DNA from: Balanoglossus misakiensis | Taxonomy: Eukaryota > Animalia > Hemichordata | Length of the DNA: 64,000 nt | NCBI GenBank assembly: GCA_040954595.2 | Contig: CM082590.2 | Span: 9,512,088 to 9,576,087, forward strand | Direction: 5' to 3' | In this document: one piece after another, positions 13,659 to 25,732 of the stretch | Layout: every line of letters begins with the position of its first letter | How positions within the stretch are numbered: position 1 is the stretch's first letter | Position numbers and translations under genes: made by a program | The notes under the pieces: model-generated | Told to the model about the DNA's origin: nothing | What the model saw: only the letters and a program-made list of their open reading frames with translations | Databases searched by the model: none

Positions 13659-14006
13659 AATCTGTTGAAAATCAGATGTAGGGTACAGCGACGTATTTTA
13701 CTTCGCAGTACGGTATTCTTATGCTGTCGCCTCACACTACATTAGACCAACTCCCATAGAAGCTCCCATTCAAAATCTCTGGCCTTTCTAGCCTAGTAAA
13801 CTAACCAGAAGGCGCCTTATAGAGAACAATAGGTATTCTGCAGTGTCGATCGACGTAACGTGCAATCTGTTTGGTCAGCAGCAACGGCAGGTTGACCGGG
13901 AGCTTCTATGGGAGTTGGTCAGATGTAGTGTGAGGCGACAGCACAAGAATACCCTACCACGAAGTAAAATATGTCGCTGTACCCTACATCTGATTTTAAT
14001 CAGATT
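13659..14006. mobile_element. MITE with ~110-bp terminal inverted repeats
   Basis: aaaatcagatgtagggtacagcgac...ccaactcccatagaagctccc is mirrored by gggagcttctatgggagttgg...gtcgctgtaccctacatctgatttt. Confidence 0.8.
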
Positions 14007-14474
14007 GACGTGTGAATAAAAAGTATAACAAAATACTGAAAAACGGGTTATTTTTGCGACAGGAAATTTTCGCGATACCAAAGAGGCAAAATTTTCGCAT
14101 TCTCGTTATGTCCGAAAAACACTTTTACACGACTTGTTATTTTCATGTTGTTTTGGCTCTCGTGTATTTCGCGAAAATTTATTGCTTGTGAAACTAACCC
14201 ATTTTACAGTGTGTTGTTTATTGCTACCTGGTAGTGGCAGCTGATGACATGTGATGACGCACACATGCCTTCTGAGCACAATCATGTGATTGTCTGATTG
14301 TGACTTTATAAATCACATCCGTAAATCACCCATGGCTCACCTGAATATGTCTTTATACCTTGAGAACAAACTTTCCCACCACAGGGCACTTCTTCTGGTG
14401 TATATACCTTCACCCAAAACAAGGACAGCGTTGCTAGGAAACACATCGATTATCGCCCAGAGATATTATTCCAA

Positions 14475-14600
14475 CCAATCAGATTTCTGCTGCGAACCTA
14501 CAAGTATATAGAAACAACCAATTACTAAACAGCACAACATTTAATCAATGCTACCTAAACTCTATAAATACCAATTGGTGCAGGGTTAAACGCACATTCA
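14475..14600 (+). promoter_or_regulatory. Core promoter of the microprotein gene (CCAAT boxes + TATA)
   Basis: CCAAT at 14475 and 14518, TATAAATA at 14563-14570, about 90 bp upstream of ATG 14654. Confidence 0.6.
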
Positions 14601-14653
14601 CAGTGTCCAAATCAAGCTTCTCCAGTCACGGTAACTTCAACGCGCACACCAAG

Positions 14654-17064
14654 ATGAAGTAAGTACATGAATCTTAAAAGTTTATACTTTTGCACCCACT
14701 TTAGTTTACTGTATAGTAATCATGTACCGCATTAGAAGTACTTGTGAAACCTGTGTTAATGTCCACTTCTTCATAATGGAAACCAGTCTGCCCTCTAACA
14801 AACCTGATTTTCAAAAGCTATTTTTTTATGGTCAATTTGAGGATTTTTCAAAACTTCTCTGAGTCATGCAGCCCTATACTTTGCATGTAGTGTTGATATT
14901 TTTCTTGAGTCACCAGTGAGTTTGTTGAGTCAGTGGTGCATCATATAGGCTTACAGGGTCTGACGGAAACGCATACTGTCTATATCCAGCACTTTGTTAC
15001 TTTCAGTCCCGTAAACCACTTGAAACACCATCACACAAACACATGTGGGGAAGAAACATACACAACACACACAAAATACTGATATTTGTCAATTAACACT
15101 GAGCAGAAGTAATCGTGTTAATATCTTTTGTGTGTATTTCACGCAGGGCGTCCATCATTTTTGCCATTGTGATGTTGGTTGCGATTGTGTTCATCACTGA
15201 ATCTTGTGGTAAGTTTAATAACATTCAGTTACCTCCAACTTACATACGCCCATATATGTCAGAAATGGCATTTTGAATGTTCTAAAGAGCTTTTTTTTCA
15301 TGTATGCCACCCACTGAAAATCTGTGATTGGCTAGATCTCAATTTGCCATGGTAACTGTAGCTATATTGGAGTTATTGATGCGACATTGCAAGTTAGGGA
15401 TATTTTGTTTACTTTTTTAATTCAAAATTTGAGTCAATTCAGCTTGTCTAACTCAAAAATCGTTGTCAGTTTTAAGAGAGAATTACCCTAAGTACATGAT
15501 TGTAGTAAAAGATGAGGAAAGTTCAAGAATTTAATTTTAGAGGCACATACCACTGTAGTTAATGTTTCATCCATTTCATATCTGTCTTACTTTTTGAACA
15601 GGTGCAACTACCGGTACAACGGCAAAAATAACAACAATTGGCACACAACGTCCACCTACCGGTATTAATGGAAACACCCAAACTCCAAATGGGAAGCCAT
15701 CAAGTTCAATGACTGATAATGGCAATGGTGGAAACCCAAATGCCACAGGTGAGCCCTATAACCATTTGTCAATGTGATAATACTGTAAAACACTTTATTT
15801 TCGCGAGCAATAAATTTTCGCCAAATATGCGAGAGCCAAAATAGCGTGAAAATAAAAAGTCGCGTAAATTGCTTTTGAAGATAACGATGAAGTGAATGAA
15901 ATAAGAAAACGCGAAAATTAATACTCGCGAAACAGTGGCCTCTCTCGATATCGCGAAAAATTTAACTCGCGAAAAAAACGTGTTTTACAGTATTATAACT
16001 GTATCTAGCAGGGTTATATGACTGTAGCAAGATGATCAATATCACAAGGAGGATAGAGCTGGATAAACAGCATAGGGAAGTTTAACCCTTTCACCACAAT
16101 GGTTCAGTCCAAACCCATTGTTTACTATGGTAAGGTTGAACCCCAAAAGAGGGAACTGGGGGTGGAAGAGTTAAAGGGTCAAAGTCTCTCTCTCGCACGC
16201 CTTTTTCCATTAATTATGTTTGATACAAGACACCGTTTATGTTATTCTACATCTGATATGTGGTGAATGAACGTTCAACCACCACAACTTCCATCCCGTT
16301 TGTAGGATACGAGAGTAAAAATCTCGCCCAAATGAATAAATGGTAAACACCGATTATTCATTTTGGCGAGTTTTTCACTTTCGTGTCGACAAGTTGGATG
16401 GAAGATGTGTGTGGTTGAACGTTGATTCACTATATATTCACATGTAGAATAATATAAACGGTGTCTTGTATCAAATATAATTAATGGAAAAAGGGCAGTG
16501 AGAGAGAGACTTTAATGTATAACGTGATGTCTTCAGTCCCTTTGGTGAGCTGGTTCAAACAGGTTTTACTGTACATTTATTGTAATGTAAAGATAAAAAT
16601 AGACTGATTTATAATTGTGTTTTCCCCTAATTTCCTTCCCAGACCCATCACCAACTGAGGGTGGTAAGTATTAAAACAGAATCTCATTTTAATCTCTGAC
16701 TAAGAAATTACAGTGTACTGACTTACAACTCCAGCACAAAACAAAAAGAGTGCTACATGAAAAATAAATAGATTTTAATATTAATATATACTATGTTTGT
16801 TAGTTTCGCAAAACAATATTTTCACAAGTTCTCAAGCGATTACCTTCAAAAGTTAAATGACAATTGTTACTGTAAAGACGGGAAGATGGCTACTGAATTC
16901 ATTTTGACAAGCACGAAATTGGTTTAGAAAATGTTTTTACATTTTTTTTCATGTTTTACCGAATTAAATGTTTAACGTTTCATCTCATTCTAGGCACTGG
17001 TTCCATCTCACTCAGTATCGCATTAACATTAATCTTGATGATGTTGTCTGTGTTGGTACAGTAG
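14654..17064 (+). CDS. 101-aa Thr/Gly/Asn/Pro-rich secreted, probably GPI-anchored mucin-like microprotein (5 coding exons)
   Basis: Exons 14654-14658, 15147-15208, 15602-15748, 16643-16663, 16994-17064; all GT-AG and phase-consistent (306 nt). Translation: MKASIIFAIVMLVAIVFITESCGATTGTTAKITTIGTQRPPTGINGNTQTPNGKPSSSMTDNGNGGNPNATDPSPTEGGTGSISLSIALTLILMMLSVLVQ. Probable 3'UTR intron 17076-17335. Confidence 0.8.
15783..15990. mobile_element. TA-TSD MITE (CTGTAAAACAC TIR)
   Basis: TA|ctgtaaaacac ... gtgttttacag|TA; related copies at about 14035-14210 and 17577-17740. Confidence 0.85.
16082..16174. mobile_element. ~90-bp TTAA-flanked MITE (CCCTTTCACC termini, piggyBac-like), multicopy
   Basis: ttaaccctttcacc...ggtggaagagttaa. 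Related copies at about 12085-12180, 31565-31645, 32152-32243, 33193-33285, 61170-61260 and 62332-62419. Confidence 0.75.
16175..16512. mobile_element. Second copy of the Kolobok-like element of 1130-1474
   Basis: Same TIR and internal sequence; shares the TTAA at 16171-16174 with the adjacent 90-bp MITE. Confidence 0.8.
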
Positions 17065-20000
17065 AAGCTTATTAGGTAAGGTTGAGTAAAAATCATACAC
17101 CCTGCAGACAAAAATACTTTTCAACTCTCTTACAGAATTATACCTGGTAAACAACAGGAATATTCTCAAGCACATGAAGTTTGATACTCAAAGTGTAATT
17201 CATTGTGCCGAAGTACTATTATAATACATCATGCTACTATTTTGAGTTTGGAGAGTTCCATACAGTAATGTTAAAAAACTCAATATAGCTGCTAACTTTT
17301 CCTAATGTATTTCTTTGAACTGTTCTTAATTTCAGGGCACTCCACTACACGTTAAGGCACAGAAGCTGTAACTTTTGATCACACTTTCAGTATTTTTGTT
17401 TTGTATGTCACTTACAGTTTCTTGTTCAACTCCCTACATCATGTTGATATGAAAAGTATTGTCACCACAGTCAATATATGCCAATTATACCAGCATTTTT
17501 ATTGTTGACTACTGAATTTTAGACTCGGCAAAAATCCAAATATCAATAACAACATGGCATTTTACAGGCATAAATACTGTAAAACACTTTATTTTCGCAA
17601 GTTGAACTTTTTAGAGGCCACTGTTTCACAAGTATTAATTTTCGCGTTCTCTTATTTCATTCACTTTTTATTTTCACGCTAGTTTGGCTCTCGCGTATTT
17701 TGCGAGCGTTTACTACTCGCGAAAATAAAGTGTTTTACATTTGTTGAATAGAACAAAAATAGTGAAATGATCATCAAAAGTTACAGCTACACTGTCCCTT
17801 TATACTGTGTCTGGAAAAAATACGATGTGGTGGTAAACTTTCTTTTTGTTGTGATGACCTGACCGCGGGTTTGGAGACGAGAACGACCAGCTTGTCCATT
17901 CGTGTGGCTGTTGGCAGATTTACCTTTTGTGTTGAATGTCGGCAATTTATGACTGTGCTATGGACGACGTCAGACTGAGACTTACTCTGCTGTGATAATG
18001 ACTCGTTTGTTCGAAAGACTCCGTACACGAGATTCGCTGAATTCACCAATGAAGGCACTGGCTGTACGTTATGTGCCCGAAAACGCAAGGGAAAATCGAA
18101 AATACGAATTTGTATACATTTTCACTGAAACAGTCTATGTGGCAAGTGTCTTTCGCTCTGTATGTTTTTTTCCGCGAAGCATTGAATGATATGTACATTT
18201 CAAATGCAATTTACGCATGATGAGTACATTCAATGATTAGGTCAATAAACAACTGTTTTATTAATAAAACCGCTCGTCATGTTCATTTTTGTAGAGTGAA
18301 AAAATTCTTTGAATTGAAAGTAAATCATAGAGTGAGACTTAATGAATCCTGAAGCAGTATGAAAAGGGCATGGTTATGATTGTTGTCCATTGAACACCTG
18401 CTCATTTTATTTTGTTTATTCCACATTTAGAAAATTTCAAGATTTCTCCTAACAGGGGCTTAAAATAATAAAATGATTCTTACTTTAGTAGTGGGTTGTT
18501 GGAAAAGAATATTTCATTGCCTTTCTTTGACGTCATTGCATTTTTACCACAGACGACTCGGTAAATTTTGAATGCACTAAACCCAAAACTGAGGGGGTGT
18601 TGTTTGTGTGTTTGCAACTCTAGTGTACATCTACATCTTTGCTCCAGTTCATGTACAAACATGCTTGGTATTACTCTAGCTCAACGCGTCTCTGGGCTAG
18701 TAGGGAGTTTGACGTAATATTGGAAGCGTTTCAAACATCCACAGATAAATTGGCGATCCATTTATTGGAGACCCCATAAATTATCACTGCTTGTGTTGTT
18801 GTCTTTTTAAACTTTTTTTTCTTTATTATGGCAACAACTGCTAGTGTTGTTGATCAGTTTGGCAGACTGCCGCTAGGTTTATGAAAAACAAACTCATCTG
18901 TCACAAGTTTTACCATAGCGCAGAAATCTGCCAAGCACTCATGCATTACTTTGGCTAGACTGTAAATACACTTCCTGATTTATGAACATGGATACAATTG
19001 TGTATTTAGTAGTAATGTTGCTTGCGCTACACACGTGCAAAGAAAACTCATGGGAAAAAAGTCCAAATGTTTTTCCTAAGGTATATATATTCTGATTTCA
19101 CAATGATCCTGTCTGCCCTGACATAAGACAGTGCTATCCTGAGGGCAGATACATTACTTTTAACTAAACTATGACACTATTTCATACAAAGCCACGTTCT
19201 TATCAATAATAATCATATTTATAAATTTGTTAACACAATTAAAACATGTTTGATATTAATGTTGACTGAATGATTATTGCTTGGTGCTTGGCAGCCAAAC
19301 TACTTTCCTGTTAGAAGTATTCAAAATTCTATATTTTGGCAAGATACTGATGGCAGAAGTCTACATTTTCTACAAATGATGGGTCAGAATTCAGCATTTT
19401 ATTTTATAACTCTGTGATTGCATAAAGATTTAGAGTAAACTAAAAGCGATTGATTTGGACGCAACGTAAACAGTCGACAGAAACAAGAGGAATTGCTCCT
19501 TGCCCTATGGGGGCGCTAAGCTACACGTGGCTCAGCCCGGAAATAAACACGACGGCCCCCAAGACAAATTACACCGGGGACGGGGAAGGTACTGCCCGGG
19601 GAAGGAACAAGATCTACCGCCTATGAAAATTAAAGCCAAATGTGATCGCGAAATAACGGATATGTGCGGTGAAAATTGGAGTCAGTCTTGAGTAAATATT
19701 ATTCATGAATGGGGTCAAGTGAAAGTCTATACATGTTTATCCAAATGTGCTACAAAATCTACAACTTACAAGAGTCGAAAAGGTCAAAACCGTGGCGACA
19801 AGTAGCATCCTTTATGATCGAAGCTGATTTAAAACAATTTATGAGTAACAGCTCATCCTCTGGCCTAGAAGGTGACTTACCTGAAGAGAATGCTAATCAT
19901 AAACAACACTAAGAAATTGACCTTATGCTGACCGTTGGCGCAGGTCAAGTTTTACATATTAACTCATAAGAACAAATGTCAACATAAATATTGCTGCTCT

Positions 20001-21806
20001 TACATTTTGAATATTCTAACAAGATTGTGATTCAATTTCAGCACTACGCTATGTTTTGTGGCCATAACTTCTCAAAATATGTTTAAATCACATTAAAGTT
20101 AGTATGCATTAAACATATGATTGAGATAATTACAGGTCCACAAGCTTGTGTGTTTTCATACCCTCGGTCGGGCGCCAACAGGGGCCTGCCGAAGGTCGAA
20201 AACCCTGACGTAGTATAACTTTAAGTAAAGAAAATTACTATTTGTTATGGACTAAGTTTTCCTTACCTTACTTGCATGCATTATAGTTGCTAAATCCAGC
20301 CAGAAATGGACCAATTTCACTGTCAGCGTACACGAGATCACATCAGTACAAATATATATGACGTCGGCCTCGTGACCTGAAACTTGAAAATGGAAATAGA
20401 AGGGGTTAGACTTTGTTCTTACGTCCAAAAACAACACGAACACGTTATGTTGGTCAGAAATATTAGTAACTTACCTTAAATAAAACATTTCGTGGTAATA
20501 TATCATAGAAAATCCATATTTCGCCTCGGTCAAACAGCTGTACGTGAAACATGCTTGAAATATAATATGCAGACGACGTGACGTCATCATTTGGGGATGC
20601 GTACACCGTACGTTTGTTTGGTGATTTTCTAGAAATGCGGATGCAAAATTCATCTATTAATGTCTAAAATCCGGTTTTACATTTTTTCGGATTTTGATGA
20701 TTCTTTTTTAAGAATCTGTAGTCTGAAAAGTGAGAAAATAGTTTGATAGCGTTATCATGTTTGGACCAATCAGAGATCGAGTTTCTTATATTGGCGTTTG
20801 TTGATAAAGTCGATGAAGCATTTTCAGGTTTTTATATATTTGCACGATCACCGCATCGATAAGCAAAAAACACGACGAAGTGGGAACAGTTTATCATCTG
20901 TAAACGCTAGTATTCACAACGTATCTTGCTGCTGAAAAGAGCTTTTCGTAAAAAAGTGCAAAGCACGTGTGGTTTTGTACTGATGATTCACTTGTAAAGA
21001 GTGTATCTGTATATGGAATTCCATGTTCGATGAACTTGTGTTTTTAATGATGAACTGAACGCGGACAATCCATTTTTTTTACGCCAAGTTTAATGCATTG
21101 TTAAAATACAGAAAAGACATTGCACTATAAAAGGACGATCTAAATAAAAATAGAAATTACAAAAAAATTAAGATTTGGGAAAGTTGGAATGTAGTAGTAT
21201 TTTCATGATGAAGATGGGTCAGAGTTATTGATAGGCAGTACCAAAGGGGCTGGTCATCATGAATGAAGAAGGTGGTTTCTTTATAAACTGTCCTTTTATC
21301 GCTCTCAAGTTTCTAATATGTCGATGTCTTACGAATTCTTTGCCCCAGGATCTTGCAAAACCATTATCAGTCAGCTCTAGGCCTATAGTACTCTGTAAAC
21401 AAAGGAAACCAAATGTATTTCATGAAGCATTATGACAAATAAGTATGTGCCTCGCATGGTACAGATTTTCGGAATTGTCCTCAAAAACGTCTTTGCCATA
21501 TAAAAGCATGTGAGGATTCTTCTTCATAACAAACAAGAAACTGGACGACCACCCACTTGTTTTCATGAAAATCGCTACTTTATATTTTCTCCATAAACCT
21601 AACATTGAGATTGGCGGCCATTTTGAATTTCTGATTTGAGGCATATTTTTCTCTCTCATGCAGATTCTAGCGCGGTGACCCCAGTGTTTTTCTCAATTTT
21701 AAGAGAGAATAATCTTAGGTTGCCTTTGCAATGAGTAAGACATGAGGGAAAGTTTCAGACTTTGATTTTCAATGATAGGAAAAAGCGAACAAGATCGCCA
21801 CTAGCC

Positions 21807-21932
21807 TTATCGTGGTCCACAGTCTTGACAATCGCTTCCATATACACATACATCGTACACTGAACCAGATCCTCCATCATCACAGACACCGTCCCCTGGC
21901 CATGCACAGAGGTTATCACAGGCTGAAAAGGA

Positions 21933-22003
<71 letters not shown>

Positions 22004-25000
22004 CCACCACCACCACCACCACCACCACCACCACCACCACCTACTATGTCTAACTCCACAGTCTGAACAATCCGTGCCGTGACCACAGTCCATCCACATC
22101 GCTCCTTCCCCTCCATCATCACACTCGCCATCACCACCCCAGGGGCATGAGAAGGTACATCCTGTTGGAAGAAAGATACATGCAGTGAAGACATTTCAGA
22201 GAGTGGGGGAGGGGGCAGTTGACAGCCCCTCCTGGGTGACGTGTAAATAGTTTCTTGCTATAAAAAAGCATCATTCAGTCGTGTGCGGGCACTCCAGAAA
22301 TCAAATAGGTCCTCTCTCACCTTCATAATCCGTCTCAGAGAGAAATCTTTGCCCACAATCGGAGCAATCTGTCCCAAGTCTGCACAGATAGAACTGGGCG
22401 CCCGTACCTCCATCGTCACAAACGCCGTCAGAAGCGTATTCACAAAGATCAGAACATACTGAAAAAGAACAGAAAATGGTCGCATTCAGATGACTAAAGG
22501 TAAACAGTCACACCAATTTACACATACGCCCATATATGACTAAAATGGACTATTTGAGTGTTCTAAAGAACATCTTTTATTTGCGTGTGCCAGTTGCGTG
22601 TTGGAGGCTTGGGTCAGGTATAGCTCTCATTGGTCAATAAAATTGAACACTGTGATTGGCTGAGAGTGAGAGTGTCACCCAGGGTCGTCATAAATGTGGG
22701 TGTCACGTGACGCCATACCTGGCGGAGGGCCGTATCTTTCACCACAGTCTGAACAATCCGAGCCAAACGGACACGCCCAATAATCAGCACCTAGTCCACC
22801 ATCGTCACACTCGCCGTCATTTCGGTATTCACACGTATCAGTGCATACTGTGGGCAGAAAAAAATAATAATAAGACAGCTTGTTAGCGCCAACAACGGCA
22901 AAGAAACACGTAACCCAACCTATGAAAGTGATGTAGAAATTTTCAGTCGTGCCTTGAGAAAGCGTTCCACTACCTCAACCTGAATGTACTACAGTGCACC
23001 AACTTGATTGATTTTTAGTCTTTCTGTGCTTGATAAACTTAAAATAAAAAGTTTGGGTGTTGCGGTGTGTGGGTGGGGGGGGGGGACAATATCTTGAGTT
23101 TTCGAAACTTTACTGACAGTAAACGTTGTCCAGTCGTACGATAAGCTCAAAGTGCCCTTTTCTTGCTTTAATAGCTCTATGGTTCTTCAAACTTTCTTTT
23201 TTTACCAGTTCGTTGCTCGGCAGAGAGCCAGAAACAGTTCATTTTCAGTGACCATCTTATCAAAGAAGCTTTAGCATGTTCACTGCGGCCATGGGTATAC
23301 CACATGGTGAGGGACCTACAAATTGTTTGATGTTGCCATTGTTTGAACAAAACCATTCATTTGAACAAAACCATTCATTTGAACAAAACCACACAACTAC
23401 AACGGGAGGTACATAAATATATGAGTAGACGTTCCTGAGCATTCTATACGCATTATGTTCGCAAGCAATTATCCCAAAATAGTTCCAATGGTCGTCCACT
23501 ATAGAATAACGTGGCATTATGCAGAGAGAATGCATCTACCAAATCCCCACAAATCAACTCTTGTCAGTCGTCGTCTGCTCGTAAAAGAGACAATACCTTT
23601 TATTACTTGGGATGCATGGAGTTCCAAAACATCTTAATGGAAACGACACAGTCAACCTAGATTAAGACTGTGTCACCTTGATAGCCCCCAGGCCAAGTCT
23701 AACAAACCCTCGCTAAGGTCACTTGTATTGACGTTAACGAAAGCCTTTCAACGCCGCGACGACTACAACAATATAGTCAGTATCGACGGCGACGAGACAA
23801 CTAGTCGTGCGCTTGGCATGTTCTGTCTCTATAAAGATTCTCAACAAATTCAGCTGTTCCCGTCTCTCAATTTTGCTCATTACCGTTCGTTGGTTTGTTT
23901 GGTTTCTTGATATCTTTCCCCTACCTGGGCTATTTCCATCTCGTCGTTGATAAAAACCGTCTCCTTTCTTGGAATTCGACTTCTGAAAGATATACAGAAT
24001 TAGAAAAACAATCATAAATTGACTTGTACTGAATTTCACCATCTGATTTGATTTTTAACGAGATTGTCCCCTTGTCTCTTTAAAGGCCCAATAGCTGCCA
24101 CTTGCAGCATATTTTAATCGTTAAAAATACTTCAATCTTCATCGTATCCTTAGCCGAAAGACAACTAAATTTGTGTGGGGCACCCTTTTAAGTTATTTAA
24201 CTTGTTCATATTTAAATGTACAGCCAGACACAGAAGTTGGTAACAGTCTTGTGCTTACCCATCAGTAAATTTATTGAAACGGACCATTGTAAGTTTGAAA
24301 GTAAAATCATGAAAATAATCCTCAAAGTGGAGACTATAGGAGCTTTAAAACACAGTCGTGTAATATAAGATAGGGGCATTTCATGTAAGAAAGAGGCACT
24401 CTATTTCTCCTCATACAAATGAAAGAAATAAACGCCTACGCCAAGGTCACGCCACACAAGCAGAGGACAATCTTTTAACGTGACTTGCATACTCAATTCA
24501 TCTGCCCAGTGGGTATAGTCACACTATACACGGCGTTGCTTGGATACTGTTTATAAACAAACAAACAAACAACACGCTCGCTTTCAAATGTGCTTGAAAC
24601 TTTAAAGTTTTAGCAAGCTTGACATAAAAGCTTTGTTGTCCACAAAGAAAGTTTATCCGTTGAATAATTATGCGTTTCTCGTCATACCGAAAACAATTTG
24701 AAAACATTGACAATTTGCATAATTTTTTGGCCCCTGACACGACATATATCCCACCAGTGGACTAGTCAACTTCTCGAAGGCAAATATTTTTTTAACGAAA
24801 CAATGACTTATTTATATACAAGGACAGCGACCTGTCTCTAATGAATTGTCGAGTCTTTTAGAAAATGCTGTGGTAAATATCTGCTTTCAGTATTTAAATT
24901 TACCGCATGAACTTATGTCAACGGATTTCCAGCAGAAAGCAGTCGTCTGAGAAATATATGATAGATATAGTTTGGGATTTTACCTCGTGTTTGGTCAGCG

Positions 25001-25106
25001 CGGAAAGAATCTTGTCGAAACTGCGACGCTTATTCGAGAATTCATCCTCAGCGTCGACCAGAAGACAAGCACAAACACTCAACACAGTCCAGGCCAACAG
25101 GTTCAT
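21807..25106 (-). CDS. Secreted protein X: signal peptide + basic propeptide + four 6-Cys CDDGG modules (226 aa, 6 exons)
   Basis: Exons (minus) 25106-24984, 23982-23925, 22847-22719, 22458-22321, 22161-22045, 21922-21807; GT-AG and phase-consistent. Starts MNLLAWTVLSVCACLLVDA, has KRR and RR sites; modules include CTDTCEYRNDGECDDGGLGADYWACPFGSDCSDCGER and the terminal CDNLCAWPGDGVCDDGGSGSVYDVCVYGSDCQDCGPR*. Confidence 0.85.
21933..22041. repeat. (CAT)n(CAC)n microsatellite filling most of the last intron of gene X
   Basis: Read directly. Confidence 0.95.
24084..24344. mobile_element. TTAA-TSD Kolobok-like MITE in gene X intron 1
   Basis: TTAA at 24080-24083 and 24345-24348; imperfect TIR aggcccaatagctgccactt / aagtggagactataggagct. 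Confidence 0.6.
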
Positions 25107-25732
25107 CCTACTCCACTGTTAACCAACGTACACTAGGTCTACTGAACGACAAACCTTCTCAGTCGAAAATCCTGCAGGCTGTAGTCAACAAAGCAGACGA
25201 CATCTATGTCTTGCTCACGTGACGTACTGCCTTCCATTGAATGCGCCTGACGTTTCGTGAAGTGTAACAAGGGTTTCTTGATTGTAGAGAGGGGAGGGAG
25301 GGAGGGCTAGAGGGAGACAGACGAGGCGGAGGGAGGGAGGGGTTGCAGATATGGTGCTGTCGAAACTGGGAAGGAGATCTGACAAAGGAAGGGGGCAAGA
25401 TCCACGCACACATTCTAACCCACATATTCATAAATGAAGAACACTGTTCACATTGTTACGTTGCATTTTTTATTGCAAATACAAGATGGCGACAGGATGA
25501 AACATTTACATGTGAAGAATAGTACATGTAAGAGATAGATGTTTATAATCGTTGCTCAGTGTACCCTACCAAATACTGTTTCTCATTCAGATTAAAATTA
25601 AACGAAATTTGTTTCCTTGTAATGACCATTTTCGAGTGTTTGCGGGAAACGTATAGTTAAGAGAAGGGAGACTGTACTATAAAACAATGATCTAACTTCG
25701 GCCATTTTGAAGTGAAGGCGTCATCCGCGAGT

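Noticed and set aside
19240-20810. Degenerate inverted repeat (about 19308 vs 20005) and possible old DNA-element fragments
   Set aside because: Too decayed to define ends or TSDs by eye.
25544-25565. Alternative last exon for gene Y (GYTEQRL*)
   Set aside because: Weak polypyrimidine tract compared with the acceptor at 25816.
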